A stretch of DNA of 64,000 nucleotides from a virus. A model generated the notes under the pieces. It was not told where the DNA came from and did not search any database. It was given only the letters and a program-made list of their open reading frames with translations. This document shows positions 50,901-57,013 of the stretch, piece after piece; positions within the stretch are counted from its first letter, which is position 1; the number at the start of each line of letters is the position of its first letter. The DNA is taken from IMG/VR virus record IMGVR_UViG_3300027762_000294, positions 1 through 64,000 of that record, one strand, 5' to 3'. Position numbers and translations under genes: made by a program.

Positions 50901-53144
50901 ATAAAACTGTTGATTTGCCTCCCTATTATGGTTTAACGCTTGATTATAAGAATTAGTTTGAGTTATAACAGCTGCTATAATTGAAGGAAGCCGCTCTGCA
51001 AATACAGTCCCTAACTTAACATCAAATACCATCAACATTGAAGCAAATAATGAAGTTGCCCCTAACTTTGCTAAATTAAAAGCTTTTATTACGGGCATAA
51101 ACCCGGCTAACCATGTAGATATAATAGCAACATCAAATGTTGATTTAAATTCCCCAAATTCAATTCCCAACAGTAAGAAATCAGTTATTAATGAGGATAA
51201 TATAACACGTAGCAATATGAAATTTGTAAATATTTCATTCAGTGCCACTACTTCTTGTTTTGAATTACGCATAAAAACGATAGGGGTTGCGTTAATCTTT
51301 TTGGCATTCTCTAAGATGTTGCCTTGAGCTAGTATCACTTTCAAAAAAGGACCTACATAATTGTCTTCACTAAGATAGTTATTAAGTCTCATTAAGGTAA
51401 AAAACATTTTGATCTTTGACAAAACAACCATCATCAAAGCTGCTAACTTTGACATTTGCACACCCATCAACACTAAGAGTGAAACAGATGTTTTTTGGGA
51501 ATGTATGATTTGGAGCCAGATTGTAACAATCGCAACTTTTTCATAAAATAGAAACATCGTTGACGACAAATCTAAGACACTCAAATGTAACAAATTTAAT
51601 TGATGAAACAAATAAACTATGTTGTTATACATAGCATTGTTTAATACCAAAATTTTTGCAGTTGCACCCGGTATTGTGTAATAGAATAACACCAATTTAC
51701 CGATAGTTGTTAAAGTGTTACCTACCCCAATTCCCAACTTTCTAAAATAGGTTTCAATACCGTCAGTTCGTCTGTAAAGTAAGTCCACCTTTTGCAATGC
51801 TGTAACATACGCTTGTAAATGGGTATTCATAGTTGAGGCATTAATAACCCAATTATCGATTAACGTCATAGTCAGAAATCTGTTAATTCCAGTTTTGAAA
51901 ATCTCTAAAGAATTATTCAATGACTCCAAACTTGATTTAACCCTATTTAAAGTTCTAGCCATCAAAAACGTAGCATATATTGTATAGGTTCCTATGTTTT
52001 TCAACAACGTAACTATCATCAACCCTACTTGTCTAGCATCATTAGTAACCCCTCTCAAAATGATGGAAATAATCCCATATTGGTGTTTAATAGGGTTTAT
52101 AAATCCTGCAAAAAAAATCTTTGCGTCATTTTGAAGTCTGAGCATTGTTTTTTCACTAGCCGACAGATTAACCCCGATGGGATTTTCTTCAAAATAATTT
52201 TCAATTACATCATTCAAGGCTTTGAGAGTATTCACATCAATCGGCATAACTCTTGGTAATAATCTGATTCCATAATCTTTAATATTAGTTTTGAATTGTT
52301 GGTATTCATCCCGCTTTGTACTTTTAGATTCCCGACTCCGTATATAGTCTACCTTATCCTCTAATTCATCCCAGTCAATAGGGTTAAAAAAACTTTTCTT
52401 AGTTGTCGATCGGTACTCTTCAATTAATTCCTTCAACCCTCCTTGGTAGTCATTAACAGATTTACCCGCCTTAAGCATATGATCCGTGAGACCCTCTACT
52501 TCATTATTGATTTTCTTTAAATCCGCGGATTGTTCTCTCAAATTAGTTAAATACGCCGTGATTAAGTCAGCATCAAAACCCAACGTATATGCCTTCATGA
52601 AATGTTCTTTGTTACGAACGTTTTCATCTTTTAAAATTAACATCAATAGTCTAAATTCTTTGATGTGCTCAGATGCAACGTTTATACTCCTCACTATGGA
52701 GTCATCTAAGTATGATGAGTTTTTTACGGTTTCTCTAATAGAATACCCAAAAGTCTTACTAAATGTACTCAACTCTTTAATATATTCCCCTATATCCCCA
52801 ACACTATCCTCAACTCTTAAATCGGTTGTTAACTCTTTGATGATGTCCGCATACGACATGCCTGTTTTGGACTTAATCTGGTCTACTAAATCTACAATAA
52901 CACTACGTTCTTTTTGGTATATTTTCGCAAGTTTGTCAATTTCTTTGTGTATATCAAAAAATCCCAAAGCCTCTACCGAGGGTGACATCAATTGGGTTAA
53001 AGATTTTTTAGCATTTTTCAACGCTGTTAAATCAAAATCAAATTTTATTTTAAACTCATTATCAAAGATAGACGACAAAGACTTGCCGATTTTATCAAGC
53101 CCTCGCTCCTCAAAATTAAGCCTTACACTTTCGGTTATTAACAT
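29910..53144 (-). CDS. Giant tail tape measure protein (7744 aa) with SLT and NlpC/P60 domains
   Basis: AAGGAGG RBS; long helical/coiled-coil sequence with hydrophobic blocks. SLT motifs LESSFN..A and YGVYQ (~39240-39780); NlpC/P60 IDCSGWV...DHIVMV (~38560-39110); C-terminal GSYEVGTSYV...EIHKGEIIV typical of TMPs. Confidence 0.85.
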   Translation of the reverse strand: MLITESVRLNFEERGLDKIGKSLSSIFDNEFKIKFDFDLTALKNAKKSLTQLMSPSVEALGFFDIHKEIDKLAKIYQKERSVIVDLVDQIKSKTGMSYADIIKELTTDLRVEDSVGDIGEYIKELSTFSKTFGYSIRETVKNSSYLDDSIVRSINVASEHIKEFRLLMLILKDENVRNKEHFMKAYTLGFDADLITAYLTNLREQSADLKKINNEVEGLTDHMLKAGKSVNDYQGGLKELIEEYRSTTKKSFFNPIDWDELEDKVDYIRSRESKSTKRDEYQQFKTNIKDYGIRLLPRVMPIDVNTLKALNDVIENYFEENPIGVNLSASEKTMLRLQNDAKIFFAGFINPIKHQYGIISIILRGVTNDARQVGLMIVTLLKNIGTYTIYATFLMARTLNRVKSSLESLNNSLEIFKTGINRFLTMTLIDNWVINASTMNTHLQAYVTALQKVDLLYRRTDGIETYFRKLGIGVGNTLTTIGKLVLFYYTIPGATAKILVLNNAMYNNIVYLFHQLNLLHLSVLDLSSTMFLFYEKVAIVTIWLQIIHSQKTSVSLLVLMGVQMSKLAALMMVVLSKIKMFFTLMRLNNYLSEDNYVGPFLKVILAQGNILENAKKINATPIVFMRNSKQEVVALNEIFTNFILLRVILSSLITDFLLLGIEFGEFKSTFDVAIISTWLAGFMPVIKAFNLAKLGATSLFASMLMVFDVKLGTVFAERLPSIIAAVITQTNSYNQALNHNREANQQFYDNLTMMIFKIKLSGQHIVAVITKIQGSFTALSKIALPLHTILSYGAMIATVIQLLNLTTVLSLFVEIEMFYKFVVDLVLSYTKLVTDGINVLFSEFKKLHTVQGAITYDPNVTVPVESLKKLTLYTLLFNNLSKATKQTAFILSTVDLSIKSLHGVYSTNLKDPPITVDKWFPEEDLKSLTLQLKFLGVVFSNTRALLRGGLYTTLMLKEDKEGLKADVESVSTNFQKLAIDVLNALGGPVSLIKSIEALDTKGLSLFVIKVSDELAASLTRLFIISSSFSSTGISMFFVSSILDYGDALEGLPAKMALLGVAMLHFGGYVRGASLLVGGLVTNISYLSSMGEDVYTLEALGSVIMNMFRELNTVLSTGSNSLIATTALLKTLFTLSGKALSAPAMLLGQTVGAIYRINQGISGLTTGLRDFQIWFYEGFTNFRAYILIVAGIFIKMTTVTPPAITLLGRFVSFLKPVLTFANMYKTLLVGLFVLKDLGKLEFIDNNAFTSLMLYIAALMKFGFGLKSLIVPVLTYVALWMNDLYQKADSFEDFYTNLLPAEVVEIFHKRLSDVSNIIVFLLDSLAAIVAKVSTYIGPLISFFNSIFNVIEGIASFVDNNFTLSITILIAALAMLGQALLKTHKGAIGLKTALSSSIPSVSIKTLGMEAYYKDITSKINAANKSGNTLLAKTLEDNRREMGQKILASFSAANIEKVNKSFETQRSILMPSTGSYRDIIGGQAKAGEFLKGPDNSKLAALTKDLLNYKGDMTKIQSLIGSIHPHVGLDRQGKPIWQYPEKDVNKIANSLKEFYKIPQNVYDKVMADNPKNVDKIMKGLSKEFGRDIKLLTDPKIIRDAFKTLTGESLTSVRDTAGKFNANFYRDYKAELLQKSLDIKLQTSVLTATKDVSDPKTNEGKASIAAQQAKLASMLEERKILEENSKVQERYNSTIGNSVKTTGVFSGAVAQVGAVVKGFGQSVVTATSGILGMVKSQMVSIAIMGAVMYMMGPIVEILKALASTIMNAVIPSMTLALIVLSAFISPVLAVVNVIILLNNSWSQSLTYIGFLTAALALLKIGMLSTMLPLLALVSAIGLLVTAVLSFEKSLPIAVLMLFFATISFQTYSLIRQGKSLAQVFLIIRNAIHLNFLKSIVLITQHSKSLMGVISQLTAVLKVLGLIMSMTFSTVGLKFTPLISALTYIVQIMGSVKSSFVSLGALNPFAKWTLGIAAVMTGWLSLESTMNKAHASELGFVSAAPGNSVVDMGLRNYQQFKDKKNSAQIIEEVNKYVSYNLQETVTVDLENLDVTMLERVGQLFDTISNKIKSLNIGFLDIVSVITVVGMAFFKVSNPLGIIAALFSVMSPLIVNFAKQVDNLSLVIMGLSLLTIAQSGYLSVMFGKYKMIFLIVGAITGIFLKDTPNVLMLLAALTAAVILLHKTMVGFQKGNKLFTMLTTLPTLVLAVASAFYSFIKVIEDMSFDQLTESLGKYGEALKNLILEYSGYNAVMSYFEEPIPQTVTLIADDTILKKEMLKKRYEILVEPQLVKTVDVSVEPPVKSRNQFEDIYQLNNKMKASKQEEVQGIKRVEYTEQYTKLTDQLTKLEDFIKAGYLNTKASIDTTRQIRSLKDERDLVTKQAKGVGLDLNPKIAYEVNNNLIKGFVKSLDISNDEFYTLMFEKFKSADHLLNTQLKRMKSPMSGEGLDLKQEDVNKNLSMLRTKAVLQFKDFFLEEISKSNDDAKEFINLATEFKKEKAVESNLKAEVNNYISKLDPNLVSKILGKESEFKQVRDSMTQTQNQLNTRYAKTGASVGVAIDFDIDIDKLKTEEPKRYQALLGVLKQEAIKVGNLSMTSLLDEYDRISAATLGKLETVIQKDHAKLDLNNLSTSVRITDNFLRKTKLLDITNATSELQKHNTKVNTKDSGNFFTRLFSKDEGYVAGKLANEGMKVKYAIQPDIDIKAFNEALKDGDFSADTLLGDTKKKVEDILKSINSDVSLAIKKAGSQLTASEVNQIETDVTLTYMIKTGLRFDDKVYKDLNDAADAITKQENLINFEIDAILKKTASMGRKTQSQTAKLTELQSRKTVEEVVGFLGIEDGMKKLESATEFSLGVMGDIQSKIASSFSSAKDLIKIDPTASLKIAKMGVDNVAKMTMMLDDEILNLKEVIEYKGVQYSIEEQMELKQLETKRALLASQQVIGSTLIKDSEKELEKLAEVVKSNPITKFLNNWVGKRETGGVHAEMLGKIKSVKEFFKLEITSLSENLVLRPTFKVDPSSLTNIKDVYKVYEKTQQIGIEHIQSKVMEGLTEQEKFLAEKMKDMVVRTEKEGEELRNSLIKAFSLGSMMTLKNKTKNMSRERVESDNDKLNIANQLTNKDIFSDEERESLKYDLSSAMMIESAADAYKTYISNESNINDLIFKRLKFSREEVDLIKQKIESQGKLKELYELTNKFKHSEYDYIGDESVKASFLYKDTIGDSGLSTDEAAGLENTIIQNKLTTLRNAIKSEVFDKMSELDKLKLMLTNFGKDANEIQEIVSSYQADLREAYQTKLKNFDIFEGVGNELTGLVKSGVVDVESYERTKELEHSNVLYKTMTSSLTGLIKFEANSLNLSKEKTEELIQTAKLREDELSFLKSVVDLENKQSTTTSLGRTVSQEYLKPLLNSPKLSVDDNARNVIYQEMLNEETDKLTAVQLGREGALLELVAGRLNLSKEEIRAIQTKKEETEQLIMLSEAENSYAKELKFNLAEVGSSLTKILTLKGGSVGMIAELNDVGFDKAELEARLSTKAGELNYQLDLVKATKEEREAILQNYKARTKDVDLLKQKAAFQEELVKPIDTVGTNLNQGFKAGLISQGELGALAVSREEEKGAGILRDMALNRELLTASQQQALDVAEKKTKILEKEKTRLEEINELSSKRIELTEYLNNQTISLAKNETNFIDQFISERGNLKNSLEDMKQNLSGKSRDGEKTSSQLFGPNVDLSKLNEAQKQSAEILTRQYNTLTQITAQYEKRKSLLTELKDTEKFESKKWDDQLRWQSEEYKKMKDHLKATNKRMTKEEDIFELSDRVFSYKIEVDGDVDKITQTIDLIRELKNVGKNDEDIGNVFEQLKSRMGRLNTEIFKPEAPRVYGDEVKNVVKGLKDLKAGVNEVDTLNIFKTVKDITDDRPERKSATVKDVRNKMKEYTDEFEKLDENKKKHAPSISEDLNKLNELTKSWAEFNTELDNSLGSRIESFRSWIDSVTEAVSSFFSTLLDTGNFDDAVKVIHDFTKKQFNAFLLEGLMKQLKPVIYDVSGGQEITNEIETNRVNFQNYLTTLNEKSTEFINAQLLTLKGVSDQGSEKILTSFTKEREQIASAGNAALKAGNKGLEDSFINPLKDQQAAMLETLKNQTAHMKSVLENNISKLGNIETGQVKMDIDFNKIFDTKEFTSLLKPKDIETLKVNTGVVNQIIQKVAGDNKTLVEEANKFLSENGTMKTMTDNLPKASKELQDVLKSNLLDPIEKTKTELTNVAKGSDALTKEVNDIMSAYPDLTSISKALETSSEGAKKVIEERLKNVAIFEGNPLNTKTLEKVKFNITEIEKRFKEFGNGQEDVIAEATKLLQANPDVTSIKNAFGAATGGVKDLIDKAIMEPLKNTEKYLAPLEEMKPADIVDPLDEMIKTLEEIERNKPKTFDIQNAVINVANSSSSYSGSSSESSDSEFTPQGGPVAGITGKVVYKSGIDPEVIKAIEKVSLAYGINPIEFARKASLESSFNKKARSGGGKGSYYGVYQMGKPAWEEVGMRDFAGGRYDPYKSAEAAMKYYFKNQKTVGTKTMSEARNLGIKEGQMAWGMHNQGPGGFKNIVNLLMGRTGKVPKEYLIKNIPAAYLKQNKLGYGSDLRALSDAWLKSWGGKWEKLPVPIEFKKYEAGLKESVGAIQTAAPVVVTNTKTALLDNLSGEVDKAMSAKVGYFINAGKNAISNYSKPESMEKLLEVKKIDCSGWVSLLAQKSFETINSQAGKTVFGPEDFKAVKDSAHGIIQNIADATGNVKISDVGQHASLTNTLKEGDIIGIDNGDRAYSRGRARAGSNIDKDIDHIVMVIKDAVTNKLMVTESSSSKKGVIKTDLEDWMKAQEKNKLFVVNPMVKAVNDPTIDAFKNVDLTPFKEQMKGIGEAGEQQASLMNDQLKLIEDQKKKSDEVLYKVGQDQGKALESVLEAHSEANANFLESTLTHSELSKQAQDAEIAASLQRGEDVKRAWQNFALGALSSITQSGASNTQKFGGIAVAGLSTAAATMLPPGIKEIAGPAIQILGNALLGKLGAKYEKEASWTEKTISDEGVTARTVNRMSKKGLGGTKTKEEYEELSGAQMRELNKSFEALKKSIEEFGSSLIGGYSEANEKLKGHTFTISSMYDRGSEQDAWNNKMEELSKATALSYYFNNLTVAGENMTNGMVDTYNVIAQQLNDGTLGIKNRMSVWDGALSKMPRGEALVQKFSSALGGLTEVNVDSVIAAMKTAGYSDIGQETAEIIVKQLETSRAIITESLTSGEYDIMDAGLKKIIDKTITDSLTLIDDEMMTAEDMQEKLKGLVDLGKFYQKIGLTMGDINPDDIDTGQNLTDFLELVGKSGDVNYTRSNKVVADIFEDAGEELPKSIGDVSRFFETITDGRENLINAGTELKQYFESMNMLKEINQSTNFNRDFETGDLDNFGTEKLNKFIDVFKTTDNIKPFQDLSDLFSSLGQSLPLTKAGFIDVFNSLDETGQNSLINAADHVEQFYANLSELGVKDNLTSSSILTQYENLAEAFTGQDFSIDSLSDWNQLSLEFKELSSLTPGLTNALSEYGTTSQKLTANMQSSLSNLDWGAMLTNWEESGPEAITQQMNQAIFNAGVEQISTIIQDNFISPLMSSNIDMMMGGQVAGTALTTGGLAAANSLASIVDQVKGVISITQQVLNDPEVQKQMLEFATTVSSIKDDLRPVATSVGIDARTRKQLDEAQAASNQSDMAEADTQRAEEAREAAEDARQQQAEADQQAREDAATRAKEEADRLKSDHEAFINAFKEITNAGVNQQRKFWEQLRPTIDLSAGLTPLVNTWSSNFKKLQEAARKEEGNNTTIQGRDLSPLQKEAEVIKARRVRLESQNASINETIEKARATGGMTQVTKTPYGTEHIEQIKEFSISDYNSQFAMIDENNKKIKELNLHQSVVLAGFGEFWNEFSVAMPEAVDMSTFEDWLKANKNVVAKVDEIEQVDVSVSLEEFNTQLGDFIKQMKEIDASLEKARVDIGDSKTGVLKGSQWTESKSLTELESFLANDALNLTNLMYEGIIPYEDVSSFISDASNKIMGVNQEWLAYNKSKVMDVSPLITFMRDKTLDNYAVLGTFKDSLQEVDKLLSDSVTEEVPYKELFEFTTNKTIDNFEAFMLASKNNMELLTNNPLADIFAEVKEPVVLPVDLLNKWSNAKTYETFSELLKVYNNDVASLTEVLKNTDLSKVSIQPKKEEIDPLKNLTSSQFLNLDALATLKDFYNSDIERFNAAVDDKNAWIKDTQKVIDDSKLGTPKFSLTLGLPQLQSMLTDWSLVEWEQFKIDSNYSGELSELVGVVKETYTQLNSVFENRDVKKLESDMETYYYQIKDNLSFDNITDYIESSSFVDKGKLSDLLGGKLLEDFKEPIELSLLKIQDELRKTEPPVIDDALKELGLNWEATADNLNILLAKGLDPTTVINVVKDYNSELEDLQNKLDNLKKPKPIEVSNLLFDFDYTSLERLNTITLEQIKYVSDTYGISLENITTELENAKSSLEEVASTQIASFQDLIDLRKSMKDHGKISLDETWDMRGGFTVLKDALSLSELGLIDLANSLEKTPVEVYDFIQDKAKVALERQKQFDDFLTTSIEKLKGDKPPEVETYFRNEGITSVDKMRNRLESLKGTDVIEKFGNANLDDLSSATDTYLTWLLDTTKSLDEAVKEFKGDDAFNTYTLLDKDALLAKATEFRNNLPTQSEIDKLTEAFSFNVEFENWKKDMLSTGDDNLVIQSVRDFGDLSIERIHHLAETLNLTIEEVQTEISRTKDRFNEIKSAVTDSFAGFINDEVKFDTTDPKLIGIGFKNTFLSWINGALPSNEEFQEWQQILEVKKGHVEWLKSLKTSEELIDPSKLKDIKFLEYSDIVNLSEKYNVSLDTVKSSIESTKSWFEEMNGLVTDALIKPQTPDITMYKSYTSKNNFDLNGIINSMSKDGLDSTQIKLGVEELLKPWVELAEENTTLISTIESYTAPKKIDLSERVGEIERLTQEINDLRSSITNVTKEEVKPSYLENPIRFLENIKLDLEKLKAKIDELTSSYENTRGVIEGHLKTLNNTPDSNPFKAIEDKAQSLMDAYTDLVNKNKEVMDSINNAINELDPVLSPVDNLKKIRDDNLADFQKGLEKEKETLQNASDSKIAILEQEMENIRSILDSFAGKTKDLTRQIMELRNQQPSKDTAYQALKSSIQNISDSNIIEENYSEYYNILQKEHEEKLAMIDEELSAKQQALDDYKQMLEDIAAKAKETIHNMTMSEDAALSFGEREAYIKSEIQTARANKDYSKEIDFIQEYNGLMREGYASGDKYIEAFHSNIARLRELENVQASADNVTKLSGDVTLAEAKKMEANEAYAAQLISLRELINGTAHMGVKMDEVKLEVQTEKDALVAALAALDESLKVEEARLNEILKTELITLRDQTRENQERQESVLKLETDRELNLLLGESKKVYDLELLKLQAQIDNTNILLLNQGYFESLITTAKETTQSINLLPDNFGRVVENAILRETPADLSQLTQLREMTTLLKVIADKSPIINVNATIPTEAVTKVASIQQTSIAAVTKVASIQQTSTAVAPKVTPVQPAVMSSQVQIPKSIQTDVAALKNELDRAQRYGKTLFGGSVEAREKNNVYIAELEKRLKAMGSYEVGTSYVAENQVAEIHKGEIIVDPKSSEVLRKYGIKVEPMKVNQPGDNLNLNKVENLLERQLDVQIKTLVATNKIGAPKASERLPPREVKSIRR
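30416..30494. repeat. In-frame 42-bp tandem duplication in the TMP C-terminus (AVTKVASIQQTS x2)
   Basis: Identical 37-nt blocks at 30416-30452 and 30458-30494. Confidence 0.85.
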
Positions 53145-53185
53145 AAAATTAGCCTCCTTCTTAATCCAAGAAAAGAAAAAAAATA

Positions 53186-53665
53186 TTATACATAGTTTTT
53201 AGCATCAACCGACAATTCTAGTTTGTTGATGTTGTCTCCTGTCACTGTCAATTTACGAGACTTTATGACACCGTAGAGATAAGGGGATACAAATATTCGC
53301 TTTCCTACATTCAATTCAGGGACGTTCATGATAACAACATCCACATCCAAAATAATCACGGTCATCTCATTTTTCCAGGCTAGAATTCGGTAATCATACA
53401 TTGTCGATTCAGACCAGTCCTGGTGTAAATTGAAATCAGGTTCGTAATATCCCACATAAGGCAACTCAAGCATGTATTCTACTGAAAACATCGGACCCGT
53501 GCTCTCTAAATCATAACCCCCTAATTGAGACTCATTAACATTCAAAAATTTAGCAGTCTTGCTCTTTTCCATAGGAAACATTGAAAATGGAAAAAAGAAC
53601 AATGGGACCGTATAATTACCGGGTCTTGGTTTATCTGCTATCGCATAAATTTTACCGTTTATCAT
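53186..53665 (-). CDS. Hypothetical protein, probably a tail component
   Basis: 159-aa beta-rich ORF in the tail operon. Confidence 0.65.
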   Translation of the reverse strand: MINGKIYAIADKPRPGNYTVPLFFFPFSMFPMEKSKTAKFLNVNESQLGGYDLESTGPMFSVEYMLELPYVGYYEPDFNLHQDWSESTMYDYRILAWKNEMTVIILDVDVVIMNVPELNVGKRIFVSPYLYGVIKSRKLTVTGDNINKLELSVDAKNYV

Positions 53666-56193
53666 ATTAAATACCTAACCATTTTGTAAGTCATATCTCT
53701 TGTGAATGGGTTCATTGAATAACCCGTAACATCATAATATTCCCCACCCGCCCCCTCAACATGCCAAGTCAACTCATAAGGTTCGTATAACGGGTTTATC
53801 ATTTTACAGGTATAATGTTTAGCTGGAGCATAATAACTAAAAGCTGTACTACTTGCACTACCACCGTGTGTAATTTCATTAGCCGGGGTTGTTACTGTTG
53901 AAATATCCCTCGGTGTGAGAGTTACCGTGGCAGTATCCGCGCGTTCTTTTTCCATAACCAACGTATTTATAGATGAATACTTAGCGTCGGTATTTATTGT
54001 ATATCTGACATATCGTTTTGTGAGTGTCCAATGTGATTGAGTTCCTACAGGTATACTTGTTGCTAATGTTGAGGGTGAAGTATTTGCATAATAACTGACT
54101 GCTAAAATGCTTTTATACCCCTCGTTTAAATGTACTAGCTTGATGTAAGGCGCGTCAGTTATACCTGTGGGACGCGTAACTTTTCTGCATGTATAAAAAT
54201 GTATACCATAGAACGAACTTATAGGAACCCTGTAGACTGCCGAAACCAACCCATGAAGGTAAAGTTGAGAAACTTTAGCCAAAGCTAACATTTTATGTCG
54301 GGTTGAGTTTATAATCTCTAACACGTTGGTTGTTTCTCTATATATGTTGTTACGGAGATAATGGCTGTCTTCGTTAACGATAAACGCGGTATCCATTTCT
54401 GTAATTCGCTTTATGAAATCCCAATCTTTAGAGGGATGATTTTTAAGTAAGTAGGCTTTAAGTGCAATAAAATTGTCGATTTTGGTAGGAATTTCATATC
54501 GATACACACTATTATAAGTCGCCGAATTTGAAGAAGCCCCCTCAACAGAACACAATAAATAATTTATGTAAAGAGAAGATAACCCTGATAAAAAGGTTGT
54601 TAACCCGGTGCCACTCCCACTCGTAAAGCTATAAATTTTATTGACCCCTAATGTAAGGTCCCAATAATACGCCTCTCCGGCGGTAACCCACCCTGCTAAA
54701 ATTTCCATCCTCCCTGATAAAACAGCGGTTGCTGTCGTGTAGTTATTCTCTCCTTTAGCCCAATTCAAGGGACTAACCAGTAAATACTCCCTACTATTAA
54801 ACCCCGCACCAGCAGGACTTCTAAGAGCTTGTAATTCAGGGGTTACTTTTATAACTCTTCCACCGGGTTTAAGAAAATTGTCTGATGAATTTCCCGGAAT
54901 ATACGCTGTTTCATAACCAGAACAAGCGGTATACGAAACCGTTCCAGCGGGTTTACTATAAAGACTTATTTGATAAGCGTTTATCTTCAGCCAACCGGTA
55001 GACGCAGAGGAAAGCTTAATGCCATTATCATATACACATAAAGCCTTATCGTGGTTCGTAGAACCTGGTATACATCCATACCAACTAATGGTACCTTCTG
55101 GAAAATCAAAAGAATAAACATATCGCCCCCCCGTTATTCCCACATATTTTGCCTCATGAACCTGGTGCCCTGATAAATAAGCTAACTCTGGAAAGTTTTG
55201 ATTATAAACTTCTAAAGAAGGCAACAACTCTAGAGTGTACTCGGCATTTTCAGTGCCTAAATCATCACTGGACAACCCCTGTATTAAATAAAACCGTTCA
55301 TAATTCATCATATAATGACTGGGATACTCACACCTTCTGAAACCCTCATTTACAGGATAATAATGAAACTGATTTTTTTGCACAAAGTCAAAAGGAAACC
55401 TATTATTAGATTGCCATAACGAATTCGATAAATTTACATAACTTCTGTAGTTGTTTGAGTCTCCAATAATACCTAACGGTAAAGGATTATACCAATAGTT
55501 ATATGTAGTTACGGTTCCGCCATCATAAGGATTACCATAATCCACAAATTTAAAGCCCAACCCAAAGTTTTCCTTTGATAACTCAAAATTGGGGATTTTA
55601 GACTCGAAAGTAATCGAAAATCCTGAATATGTCACTGCCCGAGTTTCAGGATCCATGTAATTATAACTTTCCTCCCCATTTACACTCAATAACACCCCTA
55701 AAGTGTAGGGAACGTTTATCGAATTTACAGTGGTGTTTTTAGCTCTATAGCTAGCATCTGTTGCAATTCTGAAATTGACAAACGTTGAGGTGTGTACCAA
55801 AGTATCAATGTCATACGTGCGGGGAATACTAGGGGTGCCTCTAATAATCAAGTCCACAAAACAAGGGCATCTGACATTGTCAGTAGTTGTGTCATAACAA
55901 TTTAAACGGGGAGATATAAACCCCTCGTTTCCCAGCCGCTTTTGAAAAAAGATTGTGGTCTCAATCAACCCGTTGAAATTGTCATTATGAAGCGAGCCTG
56001 CTTTAAACCCCCGAAAAAAATATTTAACTCCTGTTGTTGGATGAGTCCATTCCCTATATTGAATTGACACTCGAAAACCCATCCATAGATCTTGTAATTG
56101 CCAATATGTAAGTAAACAGGTAACATCTAACCTCTGCTCCCCACAACGTGGATTCTCACCTAAATCACTCACCTCTTCTTTCAAAATAATCAT
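53662..56193 (-). CDS. Putative tail tip/structural protein
   Basis: 843 aa, rich in Tyr/Thr/Gly/Ser, in the tail operon; no family recognised. Confidence 0.65.
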   Translation of the reverse strand: MIILKEEVSDLGENPRCGEQRLDVTCLLTYWQLQDLWMGFRVSIQYREWTHPTTGVKYFFRGFKAGSLHNDNFNGLIETTIFFQKRLGNEGFISPRLNCYDTTTDNVRCPCFVDLIIRGTPSIPRTYDIDTLVHTSTFVNFRIATDASYRAKNTTVNSINVPYTLGVLLSVNGEESYNYMDPETRAVTYSGFSITFESKIPNFELSKENFGLGFKFVDYGNPYDGGTVTTYNYWYNPLPLGIIGDSNNYRSYVNLSNSLWQSNNRFPFDFVQKNQFHYYPVNEGFRRCEYPSHYMMNYERFYLIQGLSSDDLGTENAEYTLELLPSLEVYNQNFPELAYLSGHQVHEAKYVGITGGRYVYSFDFPEGTISWYGCIPGSTNHDKALCVYDNGIKLSSASTGWLKINAYQISLYSKPAGTVSYTACSGYETAYIPGNSSDNFLKPGGRVIKVTPELQALRSPAGAGFNSREYLLVSPLNWAKGENNYTTATAVLSGRMEILAGWVTAGEAYYWDLTLGVNKIYSFTSGSGTGLTTFLSGLSSLYINYLLCSVEGASSNSATYNSVYRYEIPTKIDNFIALKAYLLKNHPSKDWDFIKRITEMDTAFIVNEDSHYLRNNIYRETTNVLEIINSTRHKMLALAKVSQLYLHGLVSAVYRVPISSFYGIHFYTCRKVTRPTGITDAPYIKLVHLNEGYKSILAVSYYANTSPSTLATSIPVGTQSHWTLTKRYVRYTINTDAKYSSINTLVMEKERADTATVTLTPRDISTVTTPANEITHGGSASSTAFSYYAPAKHYTCKMINPLYEPYELTWHVEGAGGEYYDVTGYSMNPFTRDMTYKMVRYLI

Positions 56194-56435
56194 GGTTTTG
56201 CAATCTCCCCTATGACAGATTCCGGATGAAGTTTATCCACTAAAATATTCCCCCCTTTATCTCCTAACAAAAAAACAACAACTAATACTAAACCATACCT
56301 TTTGAATGTAGTTAACTCCTCTTTTAAACTCCTGATTTCATAAGTCATTCCCTCGAGTTTACTTCTAATGTCCCTATGATCCTGAAGAAGACTATCCACT
56401 GTATCTGACAATTCTTTAACTGTTAAGTTTCCCAT
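56190..56435 (-). CDS. Holin-like single-TM protein
   Basis: Coiled coil followed by a YGLVLVVVFLLG TM segment; overlaps the endolysin stop. Confidence 0.55.
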   Translation of the reverse strand: MGNLTVKELSDTVDSLLQDHRDIRSKLEGMTYEIRSLKEELTTFKRYGLVLVVVFLLGDKGGNILVDKLHPESVIGEIAKP

Positions 56436-57013
56436 GGCACTTCCTTAGTTATATAATAACGTGGTTGTAGATATTGGGCGTCATATTCTCTCACGTCTAA
56501 ATGGACCCAAGTCGGGGATAACTCTCTAGGCTCTACAGATTTCATATTGCGCTTTCCCCACCCTATTTGACAATTACACTTAGAAATAATAGTCTCCCTA
56601 TTTTTAGCGACAAAATCAACAGCGTTACCCATATGATTTGTTGTGCGACGTCCGTGTTTTTTGTTGTTTAATTTACATCTATAACCCGACGTGATTATAA
56701 CATCCCCCACATAAAACTGAATTGCTTTTAAAGTGTAAATCAAAACCTCGTGAATACCCTTACCATCAAACCCTCCACACGAACAGTTAGGGCATTTTAA
56801 CTTCTCAAAATCAACGGGATATTTTGTTATGAACTCACACATCGCGGCTTTAGTCTTAGGTCCCGCAACACCATCAGGATGTTCATCTCCCATGTAATCA
56901 TGTTGAAACTGTTTGATTTGTTTTATTGTTTTCGGTCCCATAACACCATCCCAGGTTGTCCCGCCAAACCCTGCTAAAATTATTTGTATTCTTTCCACAT
57001 TCATGAATTCCAC
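56423..57013 (-). CDS. Endolysin: PG-binding domain + peptidase M15
   Basis: DGVMGPKT and DGVAGPKT (PG_binding_1); ITSGYRC...N...H..GNAVD and WVHLD (M15). Confidence 0.88.
   Translation of the reverse strand: MEFMNVERIQIILAGFGGTTWDGVMGPKTIKQIKQFQHDYMGDEHPDGVAGPKTKAAMCEFITKYPVDFEKLKCPNCSCGGFDGKGIHEVLIYTLKAIQFYVGDVIITSGYRCKLNNKKHGRRTTNHMGNAVDFVAKNRETIISKCNCQIGWGKRNMKSVEPRELSPTWVHLDVREYDAQYLQPRYYITKEVPWET

Noticed and set aside
31636-53202. Numerous + strand ORFs opposite the TMP
   Set aside because: Ser/Leu/Phe-rich antisense shadows of a long Lys/Glu-rich gene
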